This document shows, in pieces, positions 42,142 through 55,700 of a DNA stretch of 64,000 nt. Below the pieces are notes generated by a model. The model was not told the origin of the DNA and made no database searches. It worked only from the letters and a program-made list of their open reading frames with translations. A program made the position numbers and the translations under genes. Numbering within the stretch: the stretch's first letter is position 1; each line of letters opens with the position of its first letter. Origin of the DNA: Tetramitus jugosus (lineage: Eukaryota; Protista; Heterolobosea); contig OW569348.1 of assembly GCA_937625935.1 (NCBI GenBank), positions 372,001-436,000 of the forward strand, read 5' to 3'.

Positions 42142-44713
42142 ATGAAAGGTTTTTTCGCCAAAAAACCCTCCAACAACTCTACGACATCCAACAACAACAA
42201 CAACTCGTTGCGTACTAGAAATCAAAGCTTTGATGACAGTAACGACGAAGATTCGTATCCTCCACCATCCTCTTCATCATCAACGTCCAACAACAACAAT
42301 AATGCTAATTATCCCAATGTGAATGACTCCAATGATTCCAACAATAACAATGGTAGTAATCCTGCTTCTTCTGATCAGAGACAACAAAAGGGAGCCGTCA
42401 TGTCCATGTTCAAAAAGGTACAAACAACACACTTTACTCAATCATTCACTTCTTTTTCCATCCATCCATTTATTATTATTGACACGTTTGGTAACATTTT
42501 ACATTTTACTTTTCATCATCATCTATAACCTATCACCTCTATTGATGCATATGTATATGATAGGGTTTAACAGCAGGTAAGCACAAGCTCTTACAGTCTG
42601 TTGGTAAGGCAGACAAGATTGAACACTCGGAGGACTACAATGTTCACAACAACTTGTACAAGGACAATGTCATTCATTACAAGGCAGTGGACAGACTGGG
42701 AAAACGAATGATCAAGTCATGTGAACAAGTCGCAAACGATGAACAAGCTCGTACGTATTCATTTATTGTTGTTTTGTTGTTGTTGTTGTTGAACAAACTT
42801 GCTATTTTTTTAAATGTTTTTGTTTTTCACTCAAATGATGATATTAACCATGTGTCATGATATTCTTCTTATGCTTGTGGAAAAACACACACAACCGGTA
42901 AATAGTGGGAGAGTCATTGATTAAGCAATCAGAGGTGCTTCAGACTCATCAGCGATTCAATAGACAAGTGGCTTCAGAGGGACTCGAATCACTGACACTG
43001 CTCATGCAATCTGTGGGTCAAGCGTTCAACATGCTCGGTTCTCTGCGTGAAAATTTGCAAACCAACATCTCTGTCGACTATTTGCAACAGGTTCACGAGT
43101 GCATTGAAGAGGCCAATGTGTGCAAAGAGGTCAAGGACAACTTTAGAGAGTGTCTCATGGAACAAAATGTTGAATTCAACAAATTGAAGACACTAAAGGA
43201 CAAGAGTACTGATCTGGTCAAGGTTAAGAATCAAGAGATTGTTCATGAGAAGAGAGTCAAGATCTCGGAGACTGTTGAATCGATGGCCATGAAGGAATTT
43301 GATTATCAAGAGTTGATTTTGAAGCGCGAGTATGCACGATCCATACAAGAGCTCGTCAACGCCTACAGAAACTATTTTTTGTCTGGTGCAGAAGTGTTGA
43401 ACAGTTTGGAGCAGGAATTGTTGGCAACAACGCTGCCACCTGTGCAGGAAACGTCTCAGAGAGCGTACAGCCTGCGAGAATTGGATCAAGTCATGTCCAA
43501 GCAGAACAATAACGACAATGGAAAGCCTGTGGCATCGCGTGCTGAAGTATTGGAGAAGAGACGAGTGTTTGGTGTTGAGTTGGCTGTTGTCAACAAGAGA
43601 GAACACTCGTACATACCGAGAATTGCGATCGAATTGATACAGTATGTGGAGCAGCAGGCACTGCAGGTGGAAGGTATTTTCAGAATGGCTGCCGGTGTTG
43701 CTGGACTCAACACACTCAAAAAATATTACGATGGTGGAAAACCGGTCGACTTGGAAAAGTTGATTGCGACAAAGGAGATTGATATTCATTGTGTATCATG
43801 TCTGTTGAAGCTCTATCTCAGAGAATTGCCATCCCCATTGTTGACATTTGAGTTGTATGAGCAATTTTTGGCTGCTTGTGCACAGGAGGACGAGAATGAC
43901 CAAATGAGAGAGTTGGCATCGCTGTTGCAACAGTTGCCACACCATAATATGCTTCTCTTGGATCGTGTGCTTCGCATGTTGACCAAGGTTGCAGGACAGA
44001 GTCAAGTCAATCTGATGACAACTTCCAACTTGGCCATTGTGTTTGGTTTGAACTTGTTAAAATCAACAGACGGCAACCCACTCAGGATTGCAAAGGACAA
44101 TGCCGCTGTGAACAAGGTGTGTGATTGCTTGATCAAATCATATTCCGGAAAGTTGAGCGGCACGTTCGCTACTCTCGCAGCGATAGCCAAGCAGGAGCGT
44201 GACAGGGAAATTAAGCAGGAGATGGACGAAGAGAGAGCTCATCCTACTGAGGAACAACCAGAGTACAGAAACACTGCCCCAAAGGTGATTTCTCCAGAAC
44301 ACTATTTGCCTCCTCCACCAAAGAATGTTGTGGACAATGCAAGCAGAAGACTGCCTGTACAACCTTCTGTCGCTCCCTATCAACCACAACAACAACCACA
44401 ACAACAACCCCAACAAGCACCACCACAACAACCACAGCAACCACAACAATACCAAACTGCACAACCTCCAAGACCAAATCTCCCATCGCGTCCAGTTCAA
44501 CCTCCATCACCAAGATCGCAACCAGCTATGATCATACCTCCTAGAGCACATCAAGCACAACCACAAACAACCCAACCCCCACCAGCAACTCAAAACAACC
44601 AACAGCAACAAATCTATCCAACCATGCACCAAGATTACTATGACTATGAATATGAAGAACAGCAGAGCTTCAATCCATATTCCTCGCCCTCCAGCCCCGA
44701 CGAATTCTTCTGA
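42142..44713 (+). CDS. BAR-domain RhoGAP (ARHGAP17/44-like); exons 42142-42417, 42564-42750, 42906-44713
   Basis: Helical N-terminal region, then RVFGVEL, LQVEGIFRMAA (R finger), LLKLYLRELPSPLLTF, NLMTTSNLAIVFG, and a Pro/Gln-rich tail. GTACAA and GTACGT donors keep the frame. Confidence 0.88.
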
Positions 44714-44785
44714 GACTAAGAAGAAGTGAGGATAGTGTACAATTATTACAACAAAATTTGATTATAAAAACATAAGTTATGAGTT

Positions 44786-47700
44786 TTATTCTTCTAGGAG
44801 TACAATTTCTCTTTCAAGAATACTTTGATCAACTGGCAGATAATAGAGCATTCCATCAGTGGTAGTGGCAAGAATGTTGTTGACCTTGTCTTGTTTGCAG
44901 AACGTAATGCACTGAATATCATTGGACAGAGGTTCGAAAGCATGCAACTCTCTCAAGTCATAGAGCTGTCGAATGACTATCGTCTTGTTCATGCCACCAG
45001 TGACGACGTACTTAGCATCTTGCGTAATGGCACAGGCTCTCAGCTTGTCTCCGACATCCATCTTGCTCAGCATGCAGCCATTCAGGTTGAACACGTACAA
45101 CATCCTTTGTCTCGAAGTGTGAATTACAATATGTCCCTCTGATGAAATCTTAACGAAGTCGATTGGATGGTTGAATGAAATTGTTCGTACGTAAGTACCA
45201 CCAAGCAACGTGTGCAGAATGACATGTCCATTTGCATCTCCTGAAACCACTGTATCAATGTCACTATTCACATCAACACAGGTAATTTCAACTTCATGAC
45301 CATATAAAATTTGCAGAGGCTGAGAAGACAGTGGTTGAGTGTTGCTTGTAGTTAAAGAGCTAACAGTACCAGTCTCAGAGCTAATACCAGTGAGAGATGA
45401 GCCAGTCGAGTTAGCTGATGCATCAATACTGTTAATACTCAATCTGCGACTCTTTCTCGCGTTGCCAATAACATTACCAACAGTCTTTCCAGCCTTTCTG
45501 ATTCTATGACCTGGTCGTTGATCCAGCTCCACATGAACAACACTATATACATTGACTGTTGCATCGATGGAGCCGCTGACCAGGAACAAGCCATCTTCAG
45601 AAGTTGCCATACATGTCACAATGTCCTTGTGATGATAAACTGTTTGTTTCACTTGCAATTTATCACTGATGTTTGAGCACTTGATACTCTTGTCAAAGTG
45701 ACCACAACTGAACAACCATTTGCCATCCTTTGTGCATGAATACAGCTTGTTGCTTGGCACGATGTCTGTGGCCAATGCAGATCCGATCTTGGTGGAGAAT
45801 ACTGTGTTGGCTCTCGGTTTCATCCAGTTGAAGATGAATAGTTGTCTGTTGGCATTGACCACATAAATGTTATTCATCTTCATGTCAGGGAATGTGTGAA
45901 CGAACAAGGCAGGCTTGCCACGATCCATATCGGTCTCAAAAACGGGAGTTGAGTAGAAAGGAATGAAACTATTGTCCCTCCAGTACAATGGCGCAACTTG
46001 TCGAGTACGAACAGCACGCTGAGGATGTGGCTTATTGAACAGTTTGGTTGGTGTCTGGCCAAAGTTTGAAATCTGAGTTTCAATGGACTTCTTCAATAGT
46101 GGATCATCAACTTTGTCCAAGTCGACTGATCCCTCATAGGTCAGATAATAGTAGACGTTGTACGCTTTTCTAGCTTCCTCACCTGTCTGCTTATATCCAA
46201 AGATTAGATCAATCCAATGATGCAAGTTTTCGGAGACATAGTCAGATTCGAGAGCTTCTCTGTTGATTCTGATGAATTCTTCGGGAGAGGAGGCCCATGG
46301 TGGAAGAACAGCATCTCCGAGATATTCTCTGTTTTGTTTTTGACCCAGATTGAGTTTGTTCAAGTTTCGTAGGAATTCTGGGCAATAGAAGAATTCAGGT
46401 GTAAGTTCCTTGCAGTCGCTTGGTGCCTTCATAATATTATTCCAGGTTGAAGGAATTGAATGGAACAGACGATCTGCCAAATCAAAGGAGCCTCCCTGTA
46501 ATTTGATACCCAACTCAGTAAATGGTTCCATTCGCAGTAGATAGAAAAGGACAGTACCCACTGAGCTGTAATGACTTCCAAAGTGGAATGGTGGGATATT
46601 AGGATCAATGAAGGACTTGTATCTATCATCCAACTGTTTCAATTTCGAATCCATGAGTGCACCAATTGGTCTTGACAGATCTCTGTAGACACTAGGATTG
46701 TTCAAATTGATCGTTTGGGATTCATAGTCTCTAATGACCCAAGGGAACACTGGATACTGGGTGAGATCGTTGTAGGTTCTGTTAGCTAGTGTATTAAGAG
46801 CCATCAAATAATCAAAATTGGAGATTTCTCTACGTTGCCACTTTTGGGTCAGCTTTGTCTTCTTCAAGAGGACACTTGGTGTCGAATTATAGGCATGTAG
46901 CTTCATGTTCATTGGTGATTGAGCAATAATGGCAGAGATGACACTATTCAGTTCTCCATTCTCGAAGTTGAAGAAGTAATTTGTCTTGTTCAGGAAGAAG
47001 ATTTCCATGGCAGTGTGTCGCAATAAGTATCGTCTCTTATACAACTCACTGATATGATCAATGTGCCACTTCTTGTTGTATTGAGTTTCGTTTTGCTCTT
47101 TTTTGGTGTTTGTTACAGGTTCATTGTCGTCATGAGTCACTATGAAATAGATATAGCTATTCGTGATTTCCAGGTTGCCCTTCACAATATCTAGAGGCAG
47201 AACCATTTCGCACGGAGCAATCAATACAGTTCGTTCTTCTGACTCTTTTTGAAGGCCAGTCTTTTCAGCTGCTTCCTCCTCCTTCTTTGATATACTCTCC
47301 CAGTCTTCCTCCTTTATAATTTGCTCTTCTATGACAGCACCAAAATCTTCATCATCAAAGTCGTCCTCCTCTTCTATTATTTCTTCCTGATTTTCTGTTT
47401 TTGGTTGCCTGACAAATGAGCTAGCCAATTCACTTGTACGTGATAGTAAGTCGCTTGGATTATCATCAAACTGACTTTTCTTTGAGACTGCTTCAGGATG
47501 GTTTGTACCGTTTGGATCGACAACAAGACGCATTCTCATTCTATGTTTGTTTTCAGTGGAGTCTAGTTTCTGGAAGATCATCTTCTTTTCTGATTGCTTG
47601 GCCCAAACACCACCACCAGAGAACAAATCTTCCTCTACCTTTGTCCACTCGTTCAATGTGATAACACCTAGTCTTCTCTTGTAATGTCTCCAGTTGTTCA

Positions 47701-50700
47701 GTCGTTGCAATTCAGAATAACATAGTAAACTCTTGCTCTGTGCTGAATCTTCAACAACTTTCTTCAGAATAGGTATGTCGCTGCTACTCTTCTTCTCTAT
47801 GCGTTGGATAATCTTTGTTTGCCTGGCTGTTACTTCAGCTACCGCTTTTTTATACATGTTACTAATTTCAGCTGCAACTTCCTGGAGAGCTGTTGCCATT
47901 GGCTCAGACTCCTTGACACAATCCCACTCATCTTTCAAACTCAAGATAAATTCTTCTGTATCACTCTCTTGTTCTATTCCGGTCAATTCTTTTGACATAA
48001 AGTCCTTCGCTCTCGGATCTATGAGTGTAGTCGCGAAATGAGACTTCTTTTTTCTTACTACTGCTTGCGCAATTGGCACAAGGTTATATTGTTGATATGT
48101 CAGAATTCTGTGAATCAGCGACGCAAGGATGTAGTATGATCTTCTGTTAGTTGTATCAGCATCCGTAACTTCATTCTTAAATATCAATTTAGGCACTCGA
48201 GTATGGTCAATATCTTGACAAAGTAGAGCCATAGTTCTAATGAAATGTACCTCGGAAACGATAGTTTTTTCGTCAAGGTGTTTCAATAAGAATAATTGCA
48301 TTCTGAACAAAATAGAGAACAGAGTTCTCTCGGGAATGTAGCCCTTGTTGGCCGTCAGATCACTTGCAAGATTGATGATTGTTTGGAAACCAAACTTTGT
48401 AGATCTGCCAAAACCTGTATAGTGCAATATCTCCATCACCTTATATTCCTTCAAACTCATCTTAATCAAGTAGTCAAATCCAAGCACAATATATTTGATA
48501 ACCTGGATCTGTCTCTCAAATATTTGCTTTTGGTGATAGTCTTCACTCTCATCATACTTGCTATTCAAAGCCTTCACAAGAATGGTCTCCTCAACGATTC
48601 TGATAATGTGAAACAGATTTCTCCAGAACTCCTTTTCCTTATCTGCTTCGATTTTGTTGATATAGTTGACAACTACGGGCAACAATTGATTAAATAGATC
48701 AATATTCAACATATCAGCATCAATTTCCTTTCTCTCAGCTACAACAGAAATAAATTGAAGGGTATCACGAACAACCTTCCATCCATTTTTCACAAGCAAC
48801 TGTTCTGATAAAACAACGATAAGAGTATCAATTGTTAAGGTTGTGACAGTTTTCATCAGTTTTTCTTCATCCTCTGTAGGGTTGCCCTGTGGTACCATAA
48901 GTTGAAGTAACCAATTTTGCCATCCAAATTGCTCAGCGAATACCAAACGATTATCGGCATTTGATTTTAGTAGTACATTGAAAGTGCGAAGTGCTCTCTC
49001 CTTATATTTAACATGTTGCTCGCTTATCAGTTGGAAAAACGGATGGAGGAGTGCAGGACGACAAATTTTCACTTGTTCGTTCGATACATCTACAGTAAGA
49101 CCAGCACTAACTTTGTAACTCACTCTATCCAAAAGAATTTCGAAAAGAGCAGTGAAGGTTTCATTCGTAAAGTATTGTTCGTCAAGGAATGAATGTTCCA
49201 TAATTAAGTATCCTCCATTCGTCTCGAACTTATACTTTCGATCGTTTGTAGTTTTCTCAATAATCTTGCCTAACACCTTTAGGGCAAATATTCTAACTGT
49301 TTTCTGTTCGTGCTTGAGCATAGAAAAGAATGGTACATAGAACTTTTCGTCAGATACCTCGTTGATCAATCCACTGACTTCTTCATCCAAAAGAACGAGC
49401 ATCCATTTCAAGATTTCAACAACCTGTTGAGCATCTTGACAATCAATACAGAACAGAGCGATTGCTTGAAGTTCTTCCTTCTTAACACCACCAACAAGCA
49501 TTAACTTCATAATTTCAGTGAGATGTAGTCTAAGGGTATGCAATTGCACATCCGATGGTCTGTTAGATGCGTTGTACGTGGCTACTGAATCTTTCTCTGG
49601 TTTGTACCAGAAGTAATAGCGCAGATTATCTAAAAAGTATTGAATTCCAAAAATTTCATGGAAGTAGTCAGGGTTTCGCGACACTTCTTCCTTCATGAAG
49701 ATCAACATGCTTTCATGAACTGAGAAATCCACTTTGATCCACAATTCAAAGTTAGTGAATATATCATGATAGATGTCCTTCAGAATAGGGTCTTTTGGGA
49801 AAAATGCGCATTCAAGCATTCCTTGCAGTGATTTCAACGTATTGAGATTGATATGTCGCGGATCCAATTCTGATAAAATAAATCCTAAAGTACAGAAGCC
49901 ACTATTCTGAATCATAACTTCTTGATTTGTTCGGCTGTACCTCAACATCTCACTCAAAAGAGAAATAATACTAGCACACATATTGTACTTGATGGTCCAA
50001 TCATCTTTCAAAAGTTTTAACAGTGGGAAGATGACTTCAACACCACCAATACAGTTCAGTGTATCTCTAACATTACGAGCAATAAACACTGTGGTTCCAT
50101 TTAAAATTCTTGCATTACTCTGTGCAGTTCTCTTATTGACTGCATTGTCAATAACAAATCGATCCTTTGTACATGCTCTCGGATTGTAAAGCAAAGCAAT
50201 CTTGGTTCCCAGTGACTCATAAGGAGAGAGATCAAAGTATTGTGGTTGTGCCTCAGACTTCTTAAAATTGTATTGGAAATCTGGACCACACTTATAAATA
50301 GTAGAAATTTCATAATGAGCCAATGGTTTGTCGAAAAATACAATAGGACCACATTGACCACAGAAACTGAACACAGAAACTGTGGAGCCATGATGTGGAA
50401 TATTCGTACCGAAGTGGTTGAATGATACGCATGAGGCTAGTGGTGGATATCGCAAATCTGCCTTCTCCTTCAGTTCTCCATCCACAAAAAACTGCAACTC
50501 GCTTGTCGCAATAAATTTCTTGTTCTGAGTGAATGAAACGTAATACCATCGATTCGTATGGAAGAAGTGGTTCAACACAACTCGAGTGCTCTTTCTTCCA
50601 CTGTTCACTTGCACAACGGCGTGATTTCCCTTGAAGTAAAACTCGAGACCATTTCCCTTTGCGTCAAACAGAGAGAAAAAGCGATAATTTCCATTTTGTG

Positions 50701-51622
50701 TTGTTCTTTCAATTCGAATCCAGGAAGAGAATGTATAGCCAGCAGTTGGGAAATAGAATTCATCTGCCTGTAGTCCGCACTCGACACCATCAAAATTGAA
50801 AAAGCTACTAGGACAGCTGTTCATTGTCATCTTTCGAGTCACATCCAACAAGAATTGAGACAGGTCTGGATCCAGTCCACTCTCCTTTTCATCTCTCAAC
50901 AATCGTAACAAGGCTATGACAAATCAACAACACGATTGTGAGTCAATCCGTTCAATTGAATAGACGGGACACAGTGTGAAAAACAACATACATTTCAATT
51001 CTTTGACAGAGATACTGTACGATCCCAAAATACCCATTAATTGAATCAATTTGTGCTGAATACCAAATGAAAATTGATGATCTTTCCTTGAGAGCATGTC
51101 AATAATTCTGTGTGTCAATCCATTCATGAAACAAAATGCTCTATCAGTAGTGCACTCTTCCAATAAAATAATAAATCGGTCCAAAAGATCCATTTGACCC
51201 TGTTCTTCCAAAAAGAACAACATGTTGAACATGACTGACAGAGCTTTTGGATTACGGAAAATGTAATTGCTTTGTTCGTTGAATCGACCATTTACCAACT
51301 ATAAAAACAATTATAACAATCAATGGAACAATTGTTCACAACATGAACAAAAAAATGTTGAGTACAAAATGGCACACGTGCAATAAAAAAAAAGTCAAAC
51401 GACACTACGACACGCTGAAAAAAACACACTTACACAATCAAACAGAATCTGCAACAAGTAATTTTTCGCTTGTTCTGTTGGTGCAAAATAGGAAATGTAC
51501 TGGGAGAGTTGTGTTTCATCTGTACATGCCAACAACTGATTGATATCGATCGCATTGGCATTGGTAGCCAGTGGTCTTGCAGGTAGTTGTTGCTGAAGAC
51601 GTGGTTGAGAACGTGGGTCCAT
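44786..51622 (-). CDS. BEACH-domain protein (neurobeachin/LRBA/Lvs-like: ConA-like, PH, BEACH, WD40); exons 51622-51434, 51298-50992, 50913-44786
   Basis: GYTFSSWIR, RRYLLRHTAMEIF, KWQRREISNFDYLMALNTLANRTYNDLTQYPVFPW, FHFGSHYS, KELTPEFF, WIDLIFGYKQ, FGQTP, plus WD40 repeats. Confidence 0.94.
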
Positions 51623-52032
51623 CAAAAAATCAAAAAATTGTTGTTTTTGTTGGTGTTATGATTTGATTTTTTTGAATCAAAGCAGCAGAGAGGTGAGTGT
51701 GGTGTGGTTGGTTTATGGTTGGTGTTTTAATATTGTCGTGGTTGGGTTCACTCAAATTGAACTCAAATATGATTGTTGTTTGATGATGATGGGATTCTCG
51801 CTGAGTGTTGGATGTTTTTTGTTTCTCCCTCGGAGGAATTTTGTCGGCGCAAGAGAAGCGAACGGACCATTCACAAGAAAGATCTTTTAGCTGTTGGGAA
51901 GGGAAATGTCTCACAACGGAACACCTACCATGTCAAAGATGGAAGTGTCAAGACTCTCAGACGTGAGGTCAACTAGTGATGACAGTACTCTCAATTGATC
52001 CTCTGGTACCTTTCGGAGTTTGTTCTCTGGTG

Positions 52033-52597
52033 CTAGCATTCTCTTTCGATATGTGCGATTGAGTGGAACCTCTGAAAACTTGGAATGAAAGAAATCTTTG
52101 CTATACTCTCTGGTACTCCCTAATATTGACTTTCATCATGATTATAGATTATTTGTTTTGATAAGTATTACTCTAACAAGTGAGGGCCAGAAAGAGTTAA
52201 CAAGCACACTTACAACTTCGAGACCTGATTCAATCTCAGATCTGGTAATGTCTATCAAATCGACTTGTTTGGATAAAATAGTATCTACACTCTGATGAGC
52301 CACATCTATGGTTCTTACAAGTTTCTAAGTCAATTGTTAATACAGTTGTGTTCGTCAATTGTCGGATCGCATAAGATCAATACAAACCTTCAATCCATCT
52401 GGTATATAGGGCTGCAACTGCTTAAACAAGTAATTCTTGTCTCTGGTTACAGGAAAGGAGTGAACGGCATAGCTCACATGATCTTCCATCTCCTTGTCTA
52501 ACAGTTTTAGTGCTTCGATACCCCTTCGAATCATGTTTCGATTCTCTTCAATCTTCTTTTGAGCATCTTGGTATTCCTTTGTGGTCTCTGTGCTCAT
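52033..52597 (-). CDS. Small multi-exon hypothetical protein, divergent from SMCHD1 (3' end uncertain)
   Basis: ATG 52597 MSTETTKEYQ...DGLK, GTTTGT donor, TAG acceptor into KLVRTIDVAHQ...SGLEV, GTAAGT donor at ~52213. The frame of the last exon is ambiguous. Confidence 0.45.
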
Positions 52598-52769
52598 GAT
52601 TGATTCCAAGAAAAACTGTAGTTGTGATCAGCTGACGAAAACAAGTTTCTCCCACTTTGTTCAAAAAAAAAGTCGAACTCTTGTTGTGTCGCGCAAAATC
52701 GAAACAACATCAATCACCCAGTTTGAATATACAAAACAACAACGGTAACATTACGATAACAACAACACC

Positions 52770-55700
52770 ATGAGTCTCATGTTTGACGATGAAGATGACA
52801 TTACTCCAACAACAAAAAGAACGAATCATAAGAATCATGATGCTGAAGAAATGGGTGACGGGGAAGATGATCGCCTTTTCAACGACGTGGACGAAATCAC
52901 GAGCAGTATCCTCATGAGTCAACAAAAGAAGAAACGACAAGCATCCAAGAAATCAAAACCGTCACAGACTCAGAAATCATCATCGTCCACACAACAAAAA
53001 TCATCAAAGAGAAGGCGAAAGAACAGTGATGATGATGATGACATGAATTTGTTTGGTGAAGATGTTGCTAGTGCATCAACAGCAACAGCAACAACTAGAA
53101 CAGCAAGAACAACAACACAACATAACAATAATGAAAAGCATAGTAGTAAAAAGAGGAAAAAAGATGATGTGATTGTTGATTATGCACCTGATGTGATTGA
53201 TCTGGATGAAGTTGTCACAATGATTCGAATTGTCAATGCTCATACGAATCAGTCGTTTACCATTGAAAAACCAAGGCGATTCTCACAACTCGAAGAACAA
53301 ATGTGCAAGTTGTTCCAAATTAGACGAAAAGACATTGAACAGATTAGTAATTTGATGGACTGTGATGTGAAGAGTGATTCACAATTGATGAACGAATCAA
53401 CAAACACAATTTTATTGTATCTAAAGGGTGGTTCCTCACAGAATTCATCTCCTTCTACTGCGACTGCAGTCACAGCGACAACTACAGCAGCAGTTACGAC
53501 AACAGAAGCCAAAACAAAAGTGACAACAGAGGCAGACATTATGCCTCACGTCAATATTTTGATTCATGGTGGAGATGAATACGATTTTATTACTGCATTG
53601 GCGGAATTGATCGACAATTCCATACAAAACACTTGTATGAACAGTGGCGAGCGAATTATTGATATATTTATGGATAAAACTGTGAGAGAAAATGATCAAG
53701 AAGAGTACAAACTGCACATTTGGGACAATGGAAGAGGAATGGATTATAATGGAGTAGTGGAATGGGCCCGTATGGGAGTCACTCGACCTCCGCCCATCAA
53801 CAAGGACATGTTGCTCAGTATGCCCAAGAGCCGAACTGACATGTATTTAACCAATGACTTCTCTCGTTATGGTGTCGGAAGTAAGAAGGCCATATTTAAT
53901 CTGGGAGATCAAGTGACAATGTGCTCTCGGGCACGAAATCAAAGACTAGTTACAGAAACCACGCTATCGAAAGCCAAGCTAGAAGCAGACTTTGAGCGTG
54001 GAAAGCAAGCTCAGTGGAAAATCAATGTGGATTCACGTACACCGAGCGAACAGGAAGCAAATCGACCAAGTTTTACTCACATTACGATTTCCAATTTAAA
54101 GGAAGTGTATGTCGCAAAATACGATTCAGCTACAGTGAGAAGACAACTCGGTCATATTTATCATTATTATTTATTTGGTCCCAAAGGAAATAAGGGCCGG
54201 GATTTGGAGAACGATCACACTGAAGATGAAGAGGAGGAGCGAGATATCAAAGGGTATATGCGTAATGTTACGATACGAGTTGATGGAAAGTCTATAAAGA
54301 GCAAACCAGAAAACGATCTGGAGTCCATGTACTTGCAACTGGGTGCTAATCCTTGGACGTTCGATTTGAGAGTGACAGCTACTGTCAGAGATTTTGACAC
54401 GGATGGAATTACACAGGTGAGTCAAGCTAGGAATAAGATTCAAAGCAACGTAAAAGGGGTCTTGCTCTATTTCCCATATAGAAATGGCAAGGAGACTCTT
54501 CCAATCCCGAATCAATCAGTGTATGATGACAATCTTGATGAAATACCTCTCAGTGAAAGAGATCCCGGATTTGAATGCTTCTGGAACGGGCGTCTTCTGA
54601 GTGGTGAAAAATCAATTAAGAATTTTCCATTTATGATCAAAGACAAAACAAGGGATATACCTGATGTGTGCTATCGTCGTATCAAGGGTATGCTGTTTCT
54701 GGATTCTGCATTTGAAGTGTCTGCCAACAAGCTTTATCTATGTAAGCAAACTCCTCTGTGTCAAGCCTTAATACAATACGATGATAGAAAACTAAAGTCT
54801 GGATTTAAGAAATGGTTGAAGAGTTGTCATATGGAATATGACGAAGAAATCAAGTACGGTGAAATAGATTCCGAGGAAACAAATAAGCATCAACGAGGAG
54901 TCACATTCTACAGAGATGTTACCTATGGAAGTCAAAAATATCAGGTTGGAACAAAAGTCTCTTTAAGTACACGACCTAAGGTAATAGGAACTATCACTGC
55001 AATATTTCTTGATGCCTCTTCTCAAGATTATGGTTGCTCTGTTGTAATTCAAGAATATAATGGACAAGAGGAGGCAGAAGACGAAGATACTGTAACATCG
55101 ACCCATAATATATCCAAGATTGAGAAGATACTCAGTGCCGCAGACTTTAAAAAAGAAAAGGAGAAGATGTCGAAACGAAAACCTTCTCACATCGATTTGA
55201 TGGAAACAACCAAGGTTCCCATCAACCAAAAACTTCCACCAGTTTCGCCAGTGGAGGCCGGATTCGTACTCAAATATATTACTGTCGGCATTTTCTGTGG
55301 TGATAACAAAGTTCATACAAAAGATGGTGCCATTACCCTCAAAATCACCAATGAGACAACTCAAAAAGAATATCCAGAGATCACTTCTCATCAACCCATG
55401 GACAAAAGTGGACGCCATTGCTTCAAACCAACAGCCTTAATTCCAAAGTTTATTGAAGCTGGAAAGTATATCTTTGAATTTTCATCAGACAAATTGAAAT
55501 CCAAGCTCTATTCTTTGGTTGTCACTCCAGCTGCTCCACATCACCTATCCCCAACAGACTGTACAGATTTAGAATTAAGCTTAGGAATACCAAGCACAAT
55601 TTCAAGTCTTAACTTGGCTGATCAATATGAAAACAAAATCGATCTAGCTGATGTTTCTGTTAGTGCAAAGGAGGTTGTCGTCAATATTTCAACTGATACA

